A stretch of DNA of 64,000 nt from Gammaproteobacteria bacterium (GCA_965116495.1 OZ220696.1:160001-224000), one strand, 5' to 3'; numbered from the stretch's first letter, positions 20,556 through 30,185 are shown. Made by a program: numbers and translations. The notes: generated by a model from the letters alone, not told the origin.

Positions 20556-22586
20556 CTACGCAGCCGGCTCGACAGGGTGCCGGTAACCGGTCACCCGGAA
20601 CTTGAACCTCTTGTCAGGACTGGTCTTGGGTAGCGGACTCAGTCTCAGTTTATAGTTCTTCGGCACCATTTCCAGTTCCAGGTGGCGGGCGAGCAGCAGC
20701 ACGTTGGCCGCCAATTGCAATTCGGTCCAGCGCGCCCCGCCACAGACGTGAGTGCCGACGCCGAATGGGGCATAGGCATTGGCCCCGGCGTGTTTATGCT
20801 CTTCACGGGGTTCCTTGTAGCGTGTGATATCGAACTTCTCAGGGTCCGGAAAGTGTTTTTCCATATAATGCATTGCCGGAAATACGACCATGATGTTGGA
20901 GTAGGAGGGTATGTGGTAACCCTCTACCTCAAAGGCGTTCATGGCAGTGCGCAAGTGCATCGGTATGATCGGATACAACCTCAACACCTCCATGATAAAA
21001 CGGTGGGTTACATCGATATTGCGCAGGGTGAAATCCGCGCCCGCCGGATCGCCATCGGCGAACAACGCATCCGCCTCGGCAACAATCTGCTCCCGGCAAT
21101 CCGGGTTGTTGAGCAGTTCGTAGATCGAAAAAGCCATTGCGCTGCCGGTGTAATGGCCGGCGATAATCGGTGCGATGAATGCGAAGCCCAGGTCCGTCTC
21201 CGGCAGGAACGCGGGGTCGGAATGGTGCAGTTCCATCAGGTCGTCCACCAGGTCGCGCCGTTTGCCTTCTCGTTGCGCGGGTGTGTGCGTGGCGTGGATC
21301 AGGTCATACAATTCGAGAACACGATTGCGGTAACGCTTCATCCTTGGCGTGTGCAGGGTGAGCTTCGGCAGAATGCGCATCACGTGGACCAGTAACGCTC
21401 GGTATTCGAACTTGAGCAGGTCGTCGAGGATTTCGGAGGCATCGATGCTCACGCTGAGCTGGGCAACCTGGTCGCCGATCATCCGCTGGCAGGCCATCTC
21501 GCCCGTTACCACCTGGCCGATTCCCCATTGTCCGTATGAACGCCGGGCAAGCGCTATCAGTTCATCCATCCGGTCTTCAACGACTTTACGGGAATTTCCT
21601 GCACGCATCGCCTTGCGCATGCGAAAATGTTCGGCTCCGCCCATGCTGGCGATGGAGCGGGCCGTTCCCCACTCGGATAGAAATTCCTCCAGGTAATCCC
21701 GGGTGCGCAGGAAATTACGGCCGTTTCTGCCGACCCACTGGTTCATCTCGGCGCTGGCCAGTACTACCATTTCCCGGCCCGGGATCTTGATTTTGAAAAC
21801 CGGCCCCAACTCCCCGGCTTTTTCCGCGATGAACTTGGGTATGTTTTTTTCCCAGAAGGCCCTCGATGAGAACATGTCCCGGATTCCGACTACCGGCAGG
21901 GTGCGGCCTGTGACCGCGCGCATGCTTTCCGGAGGCCGATAAGAACTGCGTACTGCATGTCCGATGGTCCTGCCGATCAGGTCCATGCCGCTGAACAGTT
22001 CGATGCGCTCCTCGGCGAGTTCAAACTCCTCGGGTTCCAGCATCGCGCGGAAACCGCCGCAGTTGTGCGTCAGGCCGATGATGCACATGTCGCGGGGATC
22101 GGGAATCTCGTCATCAAACAGGACGCGTATGATCCGGCCCTTGATTTCTTCACCGGTCCTGCCGTGCACCATGGGGTAGCGGCCGGAACGGGACACCTTG
22201 CCGGACAGGGTCCAGAAACCGCCGGCATCGGCTTCAAAAATGTTTTTTTGTACCAGGCGGTTAATTGCCGTTTCGTTAATCTTGTCGGCGTGCCTGGCGA
22301 TGCGTTCAACCCAGTGCTGTGGAGATTGCGTCTTTTCCTCCCGGGCGATTTCCTCAAGCGCGGGGTCCAACAACTCATCCTCGGTGGGAGTTGCATCGAC
22401 CAGGGTAAGCGTCTCCAAATCGGTGTCGATACGGTTATCCAGGGCGAGGTCCATGAGGACGCTACCGGCGAGCGCGCAGGACATTTTCCACTCCGGGATA
22501 GGAATGAAATAGCCGGAATCGTCACTGTGCAACAACAGGAGCAGTTCTTCAGCAAATCTCATGTCCGTTTTCTCTGATCGGGACAT
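20556..22586 (-). CDS. Fusion of an N-terminal GPP34/GOLPH3-like domain and a C-terminal cytochrome P450
   Basis: N-terminal EELLLLL..ALAGSVLMDLALDNRI..PDPRD resembles bacterial GPP34. C-terminal I-helix AGHYT, EVLR (ExxR), PDPEKFD and heme motif FGVGTHVCGG. Confidence 0.85.
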   Translation of the reverse strand: MSRSEKTDMRFAEELLLLLHSDDSGYFIPIPEWKMSCALAGSVLMDLALDNRIDTDLETLTLVDATPTEDELLDPALEEIAREEKTQSPQHWVERIARHADKINETAINRLVQKNIFEADAGGFWTLSGKVSRSGRYPMVHGRTGEEIKGRIIRVLFDDEIPDPRDMCIIGLTHNCGGFRAMLEPEEFELAEERIELFSGMDLIGRTIGHAVRSSYRPPESMRAVTGRTLPVVGIRDMFSSRAFWEKNIPKFIAEKAGELGPVFKIKIPGREMVVLASAEMNQWVGRNGRNFLRTRDYLEEFLSEWGTARSIASMGGAEHFRMRKAMRAGNSRKVVEDRMDELIALARRSYGQWGIGQVVTGEMACQRMIGDQVAQLSVSIDASEILDDLLKFEYRALLVHVMRILPKLTLHTPRMKRYRNRVLELYDLIHATHTPAQREGKRRDLVDDLMELHHSDPAFLPETDLGFAFIAPIIAGHYTGSAMAFSIYELLNNPDCREQIVAEADALFADGDPAGADFTLRNIDVTHRFIMEVLRLYPIIPMHLRTAMNAFEVEGYHIPSYSNIMVVFPAMHYMEKHFPDPEKFDITRYKEPREEHKHAGANAYAPFGVGTHVCGGARWTELQLAANVLLLARHLELEMVPKNYKLRLSPLPKTSPDKRFKFRVTGYRHPVEPAA

Positions 22587-22630
22587 TCCGGTATTTTCTC
22601 AAACGACCCCAGGTATTGGCGACATGCGAA

Positions 22631-22783
22631 TTAGCCTGTGACGGAACTCAACCGGAGATCGTCCCCGCCCGTCTCCGGATAAATTTCAGGGTAGAACTGG
22701 CGGCAATAGCGGCGGGTGGATTTTCGGTCAGAAATGAAATACCACCCCTCGGGGAACGGGGGCAGTTTATCTGTGCTGTCCAT
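22631..22783 (-). pseudogene. Internally deleted Rieske oxygenase remnant (50-aa ORF)
   Basis: Own translation: MDSTDKLPPFPEGWYFISDRKS-TRRYCRQFYPEIYPETGGDDLRLSSVTG*. PFPxGWY resembles the N-terminus and RRxxRQFY the C-terminus of KshA/Neverland-like Rieske proteins. Confidence 0.65.
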
Positions 22784-22825
22784 CAAGTTGATCATTCAGA
22801 ATTCCCATGATTACGCGATAATATC

Positions 22826-22847
22826 ACATGTTATAAAACATGTTAAA
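22826..22847. promoter_or_regulatory. Palindromic operator candidate upstream of the Rieske remnant/P450
   Basis: Perfect ACATGTT-N4-AACATGT (22826-22843) in an AT-rich promoter region. Confidence 0.5.
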
Positions 22848-22960
22848 TGTATTATATAACCCGTTAATCTCCAGTGGTATTTGTTCAGGCAATTATCTCC
22901 CAGGATTGAAGATTCCGGCGTTTGGGGGGAATTTGACTATGGTCCTTGCGCCATTACGGC

Positions 22961-24151
22961 TCACATCGGTGATGCCTTGTTGCATATATATTGTCCGATA
23001 GGAATGGCAGACGTAGCTGCTGGAGAAGGTGCATTACAAACATGCAAGCTGCGCGAACTTTCAGCAAAAAGGAAATCATGTACCAGAGTGCCATCATTCA
23101 TTACAGCCTGAGCTCGAACACCGGCAGGATAGGGTAGCAGGTCATTTGATTTTAGTTGAGGACAATATTTTTGTACTTGTCGTAAATAGCCCGCTTTCCA
23201 AATTGAATTCCTGAATTCGTTCAGGCCTGATATCCAATTCCTGGATGCCAGTTTCCAAAATCCAGGGAATGAAAATGTATCTTTTATATCCTGAAGGTCA
23301 AAATTATATTTTCCATATCCTTCTCGTTCCCAGCCTAACACTGCGTTTGGCCCAACGACGACACCTCCATTAACAATGCGGGTGAGGTGGACTCCAAGGA
23401 AGGGTAGTGTCGGATCGGGTATCGGGTATATTAAACGCTCAATAAGATCATTTTTGTCAGAGGATAATCGATAATACTCACCTCGAAATGGAATAATCCT
23501 GAAATTTATACTCAATCCATGAAGAGTGGCAAGTCGATCCGCATTAAGACCCGCACAACAAATCAGAAAACCCGTCTTAAGTACATCTGAATCAGTGGTC
23601 ACCGTCACGAATTGATCGTTTTCTTCAAGTCCCAACACTCGCGCTGAGAGTCGCATTACCCCACCCAGGGCGCTGAATTGCTCTGCCATACGATTGCATA
23701 TCTGTTTATAATCGACAATGCCGGTTACAGGAACATGTAGCGCGCCAAGCCCGGTTATATTTGGTTCCATTTTCTGGAGGTCCTCTGCAGATACTCTTGT
23801 TGCTGCAATTCCATTTATTGCACAACGCTCGTAGAGAGAGTCCATACGGATTAATTCCTGCTCATCAGTCGCGACCAGCAATTTTCCACATTGTTCGAAA
23901 TCAATATTATTTTCACGACAAAAATCTGTCGTGGCGCTCACACCCTGTCTACAGAAATCAGCCTTGAGACTGCCGGGCTCATAGTAGATGCCGGCATGGA
24001 TTACGCCGCTATTGTGGCCGGTTTGGTGAGCCGCAAGGCGGTCTTCTTTTTCCAGGACGAGAATTTTTTTCCCTGGGTGACGGCTTTGTAATTGCCAGGC
24101 AGTCGATATGCCGATGATTCCGCCGCCAACTATAATATAGTCGTATTGCAT
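22961..24151 (-). CDS. lhgO: L-2-hydroxyglutarate oxidase
   Basis: GGGIIG FAD motif, HQTGHNSGVIHAGIYY, PFLGVH, NAPSPAATS. Confidence 0.93.
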   Translation of the reverse strand: MQYDYIIVGGGIIGISTAWQLQSRHPGKKILVLEKEDRLAAHQTGHNSGVIHAGIYYEPGSLKADFCRQGVSATTDFCRENNIDFEQCGKLLVATDEQELIRMDSLYERCAINGIAATRVSAEDLQKMEPNITGLGALHVPVTGIVDYKQICNRMAEQFSALGGVMRLSARVLGLEENDQFVTVTTDSDVLKTGFLICCAGLNADRLATLHGLSINFRIIPFRGEYYRLSSDKNDLIERLIYPIPDPTLPFLGVHLTRIVNGGVVVGPNAVLGWEREGYGKYNFDLQDIKDTFSFPGFWKLASRNWISGLNEFRNSIWKAGYLRQVQKYCPQLKSNDLLPYPAGVRAQAVMNDGTLVHDFLFAESSRSLHVCNAPSPAATSAIPIGQYICNKASPM

Positions 24152-24199
24152 GCTAGGTTATTCACAGGAATTTACGTCGACGCTCTGTTTGATCTTCTA

Positions 24200-25450
24200 T
24201 TACTTCTTATCCCATGCCGGAAAAGGGCCCAACTTCAAACATAAAAAAATTGCAATTAATAACATGCCCGTGACGGCGAAAATACCCAGGTTATAATTTC
24301 CGAAAGTATCAAAAATAAATCCCAGGGCCAGGGGTCCCATGCTGGTTCCCACCATGAAAGCTGCGAACAGGTAGCCAAAAATTTCCCCCAGGTGTTTGAG
24401 GCCAAAATATCGGCTGACCAGGTAGGCAAGTAAATCTGTTTCGGCACCAACACCCAGACCAAAGAGAAAGGCGGACATGTAGAGTAGCAGCACGTGTGAA
24501 CTGAAAAACAGGATTACAATACCAAGCGTGGACAATAAGAAAAAAATGGCCGCCACATAAGGGCCAAAAAACCGATCGACAAGAAATCCACAACCAATAC
24601 GACCGACAATTATTGAAAAACCAACTACGGAAAACAAACGTGCAGCTAACAAGGAAGAAAAGCCCTTATCCTGCAGATAGGGTATGAAATGCGTAACAAT
24701 ACTGTGCAGCGCAAATGCAATGAGTAAAAAAATAACAATCAACAGCCAAAAGGTCGAAGTGGATGCTGCTTCCGGAACTGATGACCCTGAGTGGATGTCG
24801 ACCCTGGCGGAGGTCCCATGTTCGTTTGATTTTGCGCCATCGACCACCAGACCCATAGATTCAGGCGTCTCACGATGGACAAGACCGACAAGCAAAAACG
24901 TAACAGCAAATGAAATACAGGCAAGAGCAGGATACGTCAGGCGCCAACCGATTGTATTAACCAGGTACTGACTGAGCAGGGGAATGGTGGCGGCGCCCAC
25001 ACCGGTTCCGGACATGGCAATTCCCAATGTCAGCCCCCTTTGTTTGTTAAACCATGATGAAACTGTGCGGACATAACAAGCGACAACTGGTGAAGTGAAT
25101 ATACCAATGAGTGCGAATATAAGATAAAAGTACCAGATATTTGAGCTTAAAAAATATTGCGACGCGAAAATGAAAGAGAAGGCGCCTATGGTAGACAGTA
25201 AAATCGGGCGCACACCGATTCGATCAATTAACCTGCCTGCATAAGGTGTGCACACCGCAATCATCAGCGTTCCAATGGTGATTGCACCTGATACCTGTGC
25301 ACGGGACCAGTCAAATTCGCCAGTCAATACGCGCATGAAAACACCCAGGGTATAAAATGCGATAACAGCAGGGCTGACAGTCACCCCAATGCAACTCACA
25401 ACGACGATCCACCAGCCATAGAAGATTTTCGGCCCCTGCATCTCGCTCAT
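24200..25450 (-). CDS. MFS transporter
   Basis: About 12 hydrophobic segments, FYGWWIV, GRLIDRIG, GFLVDRF. Confidence 0.9.
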   Translation of the reverse strand: MSEMQGPKIFYGWWIVVVSCIGVTVSPAVIAFYTLGVFMRVLTGEFDWSRAQVSGAITIGTLMIAVCTPYAGRLIDRIGVRPILLSTIGAFSFIFASQYFLSSNIWYFYLIFALIGIFTSPVVACYVRTVSSWFNKQRGLTLGIAMSGTGVGAATIPLLSQYLVNTIGWRLTYPALACISFAVTFLLVGLVHRETPESMGLVVDGAKSNEHGTSARVDIHSGSSVPEAASTSTFWLLIVIFLLIAFALHSIVTHFIPYLQDKGFSSLLAARLFSVVGFSIIVGRIGCGFLVDRFFGPYVAAIFFLLSTLGIVILFFSSHVLLLYMSAFLFGLGVGAETDLLAYLVSRYFGLKHLGEIFGYLFAAFMVGTSMGPLALGFIFDTFGNYNLGIFAVTGMLLIAIFLCLKLGPFPAWDKK

Positions 25451-25763
25451 CTGCGTGACTCCTTATCCAAAAAAGGATGAGTATACTTGATGGCGGGGTC
25501 CATCACTCCGATAACTAATGCAGAATCTCCCTTTATTGCCTGGTTGAGAACCAGTTGCCGTGCATAATACGCAGACTGGCGGATATTCCTGTTTAATTGA
25601 AATCCTGTCTATTTAGTATAAAATGTTTTAAATGAAATGATAGACAATATTATCGAATGAAAATATTTTATAAAGCAGTTCAATAGCCCTGTAAACCTCC
25701 ATGGAGTCTGGCTGGCATATTGAAGATAATGGTTCATAAATAAATAACAACCGGAGATATATC

Positions 25764-26147
25764 ATGAGTAGCAGAACACCCGAACAGGATGCGATTGAGG
25801 CATGTATTCAAAAATACACGGATGGAATCGCACAGCACGACACCGACCTGGTTGCTGAGGCTTTCCATCCACAGGCTATAATGAGTAGTCACAGGGGAGA
25901 TGATTTCTCGATAGTGCCCGCAGCTGAAACTATCGTTAATTACATGAAATCCATCCCGCCCATTTCAGAATCGAGCCCTGACTTTGCCGGGCGGGTAATA
26001 TCAGTTGACCAGAAAGAAACGATGGCGACTGCAATAATAGGTGAGGATGCACTGGAAGGGTTAAATTTTATTACTTATTTTCATTTACACAAGGTGGACG
26101 GCACCTGGTTAATTACCAGTAAGGCGACGTATGGAGAACCAATGTAA
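25764..26147 (+). CDS. NTF2-like (putative lumazine-binding family) protein
   Basis: AFHPQA, LHKVDGTWLITSK C-terminus; GGAG RBS. Confidence 0.8.
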   Translation: MSSRTPEQDAIEACIQKYTDGIAQHDTDLVAEAFHPQAIMSSHRGDDFSIVPAAETIVNYMKSIPPISESSPDFAGRVISVDQKETMATAIIGEDALEGLNFITYFHLHKVDGTWLITSKATYGEPM

Positions 26148-26246
26148 TATTTGGGTAAAGTTCAGAAATTATGACCCCGATGCCAAAGCCCTGGCGCCGC
26201 AGCTTAAGGGACTTGACCCGCTTAATTTTTTTGGAGAGAGATATTA

Positions 26247-26879
26247 ATGGCAATTTTAAGATTATCAAACGGTGAAGTGTATGTAACCTATAAGGACATT
26301 AATAAGATTATAGCCCCTGCAGGGATGACAGTTGGTCGATTCCCGTACCCGGAAGCCCTTGAGGCCAAGGTGGCGGAAATGTCCAAGCCACTGACAAAGG
26401 AATCCTTGGATTTAGTGTTCGGCGAGATGGCATCGAGTGTAGAAGGGATACTGAAGGATGCGAACTATAGTTATGCTGCTTGTCGCGGCGCTGTCTATGT
26501 TCCACCGGAGACGAAAGGCGGTAAATGCGCTTTCTCCATGGCCTTGGCCGGCATGGAGGAACCGATGAATGCTGAGATGAATGAATCCGATACGAGTGAC
26601 TATAAACTCCCACACGTATTGCGTACAGATAATTGGCATTTCGCATTTGCAAGTGCCTTCGTAAAAGGAATGCAACTGGAGGGTGATTTGCAGGCCGTGA
26701 TATATGTGACCGCCGGAGAGTGGCAGCGCCTGGATTCCAATATACTTACCTGGGTTATTTTCACATTCGGTGAACCGGTTGTGGGACTTAGCTACTTTGC
26801 AGATGAACCAAACGCTCAAGGAAAATGGGAAACAGATGTGGCACCTGATCACGTTATCCTGGATACAATGAAGTTTTAG
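26247..26879 (+). CDS. Hypothetical protein, degenerate acireductone-dioxygenase-like cupin
   Basis: N-terminus MAILRLSNGEVY..I..IIAP.G resembles ARD-like cupins, but no HxH..E..H metal ligand set is evident; GGAGAG RBS. Confidence 0.5.
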   Translation: MAILRLSNGEVYVTYKDINKIIAPAGMTVGRFPYPEALEAKVAEMSKPLTKESLDLVFGEMASSVEGILKDANYSYAACRGAVYVPPETKGGKCAFSMALAGMEEPMNAEMNESDTSDYKLPHVLRTDNWHFAFASAFVKGMQLEGDLQAVIYVTAGEWQRLDSNILTWVIFTFGEPVVGLSYFADEPNAQGKWETDVAPDHVILDTMKF

Positions 26880-27079
26880 CAATTATTAAATGCGCAACCA
26901 ACTGTATGCTACTGAATTGACCATGATTGCCAATAAACCCGGCCGGCGTTTCTCAGGTGTACAGGGATTTTGCTTTCGCAGGCCCACAGCACATTGCAGA
27001 TTTTATTTCCAGGCCTCGCACCATTGGAGTACACATCGGCTATACCTACTAGAAATTGGCGCTTGCAGGAGAGAACGAT

Positions 27080-28222
27080 ATGACAGACAAGCCTATCGCC
27101 AAGCTGTTCACTGACGAGGAAATTCAGGGTATCCGTGAAGGCATTGACGGTGTCAAACGCGCCATACCCTCACGCTTTTACCACGATGAGGCGATCTATC
27201 ACTACGAAGTTGAACACCTGTTGAGGAAAAACTGGTTATGCGTGGGTCGCTGGGATCGGGTCGAACATCCGGGTGATTACTTCACCGTGAGGATGTGGCA
27301 AGAGTCGATTGTCATCGTTCGGGACAATGAAGGGGCTTTGCATGCCCTGGTTAATGTCTGCCAACATCGCTACACACAGGTGGTAGGAGATGGATGCGGC
27401 AACAGCAAGTTTTTTACCTGCCCTTATCATAGCTGGACCTATAACCTGGATGGTAGTTTACGCGGTGTTGCACTGGCTGAACTGCCAGGTTTTGATAAAA
27501 ATAAGTGCAGTATGCCAAAACTCAGGATTGAACAATGGCAGGGGTTTATTTTTATCAATTTTGACAGTGAGGCTAAACCCCTGGCGCCCCAAGTGGAAGC
27601 GGTCAACCCTCACTTTGAGGAATATAAGGTCTCCGAGTACAGGGAAAGAAACGCCGTCGACTACGAGGCCAACTGGAACTGGAAATTCTCGTTTGAAACC
27701 GGTTATGAAGGTTATCATCATTGTGGTCTTCACCGTGACCGCATTAATAATATCGTGCCGGGTAACAATACCAGGCCGCTGGATTTTGGCAAAGCTTGTG
27801 GATCCTACACGATGTGGATGAAAGACGATCCGGCCTTGAAGGAAAAAATGGAACAGCGCGAAAAAGACGGTTACCTGGGGCGGGATCCGAGCGCAAAATT
27901 CATTGGCATATATCCGAACCTGATTATATTCCTTAATTCTAAACAGGTAACGTATATCATCACCCAGCATCAAAAGGTTGATTTTAGTTATGCATCAACC
28001 CGACAGGCCTTTTCGCCAAAGATTTTAGCCCTGCCAAAAGCGGAAAAGGCCATTGCGGAACAGGATCAAAGCATGAGAGATACACAGGATGAAGACACAT
28101 ATGGATGTACCATGCTGCAAAAGGGAGTTAGTTCCCGGACAAACAGTACAGGGGTCATCCACCCACTGGAGCAACAACTAAATCACTATCATAACTGGTA
28201 CCTGGATCAACTTAACCAGTAA
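27080..28222 (+). CDS. Rieske aromatic-ring-hydroxylating oxygenase alpha subunit
   Basis: CQHR...CPYHSW [2Fe-2S] motif, NWK...EGYHHCGLH and C-terminal ED mononuclear iron ligands; AGGAG RBS before ATG at 27080. Confidence 0.92.
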   Translation: MTDKPIAKLFTDEEIQGIREGIDGVKRAIPSRFYHDEAIYHYEVEHLLRKNWLCVGRWDRVEHPGDYFTVRMWQESIVIVRDNEGALHALVNVCQHRYTQVVGDGCGNSKFFTCPYHSWTYNLDGSLRGVALAELPGFDKNKCSMPKLRIEQWQGFIFINFDSEAKPLAPQVEAVNPHFEEYKVSEYRERNAVDYEANWNWKFSFETGYEGYHHCGLHRDRINNIVPGNNTRPLDFGKACGSYTMWMKDDPALKEKMEQREKDGYLGRDPSAKFIGIYPNLIIFLNSKQVTYIITQHQKVDFSYASTRQAFSPKILALPKAEKAIAEQDQSMRDTQDEDTYGCTMLQKGVSSRTNSTGVIHPLEQQLNHYHNWYLDQLNQ

Positions 28223-28248
28223 TTCCACCTGTTAAACTCTAACAAATC

Positions 28249-29019
28249 ATGCAAGTAAAAAATCTAGCTGCAATTGTTACCGGTGGTGGTACCGGGATCG
28301 GTTTTGCGACGGCGAAGTTACTCAGTGATGAAGGAGCCAGGGTAACGATTCTCGGACGTAGGAAAGATGTCATTGAAAAAGCCGGGCAAGAGATCGGCGC
28401 GCTGGGAATATCCTGTGACATCAGTGATGAAAAGAGTACCGAAGCTGCGTTTAATCAGGCGACAGAGGCCCATGGGCCTGTACGGATCCTGGTAAATAGC
28501 GCCGCAGTAAGCCCGCAAAATCGACCCGTTGTCGATGATGCCGGCCCGGTTCCGCTGAACTGGTTTACTGACCTTGTCGCGATTAACCTTTCCGGTATTT
28601 TCAATACAACCCGTTTGGCAGCAGCTGAAATGCGCGACGCAAATGAGCTGGATGATAAGTCGCGAGGCGTCATTATTAATATCTCTTCGGTTTCCGGGCA
28701 CGATGGACCGACGGATAATATCGCTTACGTGGCTTCCAAGGGCGGCATAAACAGCATGACCCTGGCACTGGCTCGTGAATTTGGTCAATTTGCTGTGCGC
28801 GTTGTGACAATATCTCCCGGCCCTGTTGATACACCGTTGTCGAGAGAGAACGTACCACAGGAAATGTGGGATGCGCTTCCGCATGTTATGCCTTTTCCGA
28901 AAAGAGCGGCTGATCCCTCCGAGGTAGCACGAACGGTACTTCATGTCTGTGAACAAACCTATCTTAATGGTGAAATCATCCGCTTTGATGGTGGCTATCG
29001 TGTGCCGTTTATGAATTGA
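28249..29019 (+). CDS. Short-chain dehydrogenase/reductase (HSD10/3-hydroxyacyl-CoA dehydrogenase type II-like)
   Basis: TGGGTGIG, YVASK, RGVIINISS, YLNGEIIRFDG. Confidence 0.9.
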   Translation: MQVKNLAAIVTGGGTGIGFATAKLLSDEGARVTILGRRKDVIEKAGQEIGALGISCDISDEKSTEAAFNQATEAHGPVRILVNSAAVSPQNRPVVDDAGPVPLNWFTDLVAINLSGIFNTTRLAAAEMRDANELDDKSRGVIINISSVSGHDGPTDNIAYVASKGGINSMTLALAREFGQFAVRVVTISPGPVDTPLSRENVPQEMWDALPHVMPFPKRAADPSEVARTVLHVCEQTYLNGEIIRFDGGYRVPFMN

Positions 29020-29072
29020 GGCTTTGATGATGGGTATGATGTTGGGAAAAAGAATAGAGCAGGCATACTGAT

Positions 29073-30185
29073 ATGATAGATACATCACCGCTCGCTGTGC
29101 GGGATGACCTCAAATCGGCCTTGACCCAGGCCTGGTCGGAAGTGGCACAGACCGGCGCCTGGCTGAGCGGCGAACAACGTCTTGCAATCGCAAACGAAGC
29201 CCGCAACGCATGGCAATGCAAACTCTGCCAACGGCGCAAGGAAGCCCTGTCGCCCTATACCATCGAAGGCGATCATGATCACCTTGGTGCGCTCCCCGAT
29301 GCCTGGATCGAGGCGGTACACCGGATAGTTACCGACTCCGGCCGCATCACTGAGAGTTGGTACGATGCAACCATCGCTGCCGGTATCATTGAAGATGAGT
29401 TCATCGAACTGCTGAGTCTCGTTACAATTGTCACCGGGGCGGACACCTTCATGCGTGCTATCGGGCTCCCACCACTGGTGTTGCCCGCAACAGGGGAACA
29501 AGGCACACCGCCACGAAGGCGACCGGGCGGCGCAAAGACAGGGCCGGGATGGGCGCCAACTATTGCTCCGGAAGACGCCGGCCCCGAACTTGGCGGTTTT
29601 TATGAGACAGGCCCCGCCGCCTATATTCGACGTGCGCTGACCCTGGTTCCCGGCGAAGCAAACCGTTTCTGGCCGCTTTTGAACCAGCTTTACCTGGGTA
29701 ATCCTATGAGAGTTGAGCTCGAGGGTGTCGAGCGCGCAATCTCGCGGGCGCAGATGGAATTCATTGCGACCCGCACCTCGGCCTATCTCGACTGTTTTTA
29801 CTGAACTGCCAGTCATGCAATGCGGCTCAGTTTGAGTGGCGAACATACCGGCGACGAGTACGCGCTTATAGATGCGGTCGGTAAAGGCACAGGGGACAGC
29901 GGCCTGCCCCGGGGAGAGCTTCTCAACGACTTTGTCGAGGCTGTCTGCGCAGGTGATGGCGCGCGCACGGCAGCAGTCCGGCAAAAAATCATCGAAGAGA
30001 TGGGTGAGGCGGCGATAATAGATGCCGCGGCGGTCATCGCAGCATTTAACTGTTACCCGCGCGTTGCCGATGCTACGGGCATCCCCCTGGAGGAAGCCAA
30101 GGCGGCTGCAACCGAAGCCATGCGCGCCGAACTGGGTCTGGATGAGCTTGATGCTCGCAAAAAACCTGGTGAGAAGTGGTCCTGA
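29073..30185 (+). CDS. AhpD/CMD-like redox protein, probable selenoprotein (UGA at 29802-29804 read as Sec)
   Basis: Track ORFs 29073-29804 and 29820-30185 are in the same frame, separated only by TGA plus 5 sense codons. Readthrough gives DCFY-U-TASHAMRL, the AhpD CxxC-x3-H motif with U in place of the second Cys. Confidence 0.75.
29805..29840 (+). promoter_or_regulatory. Putative bacterial SECIS element
   Basis: Hairpin GCTCA-GTT-TGAGT (29825-29837), apical loop starting GU at the 26th nt after UGA; outer GCCA/TGGC pairing. Confidence 0.55.
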
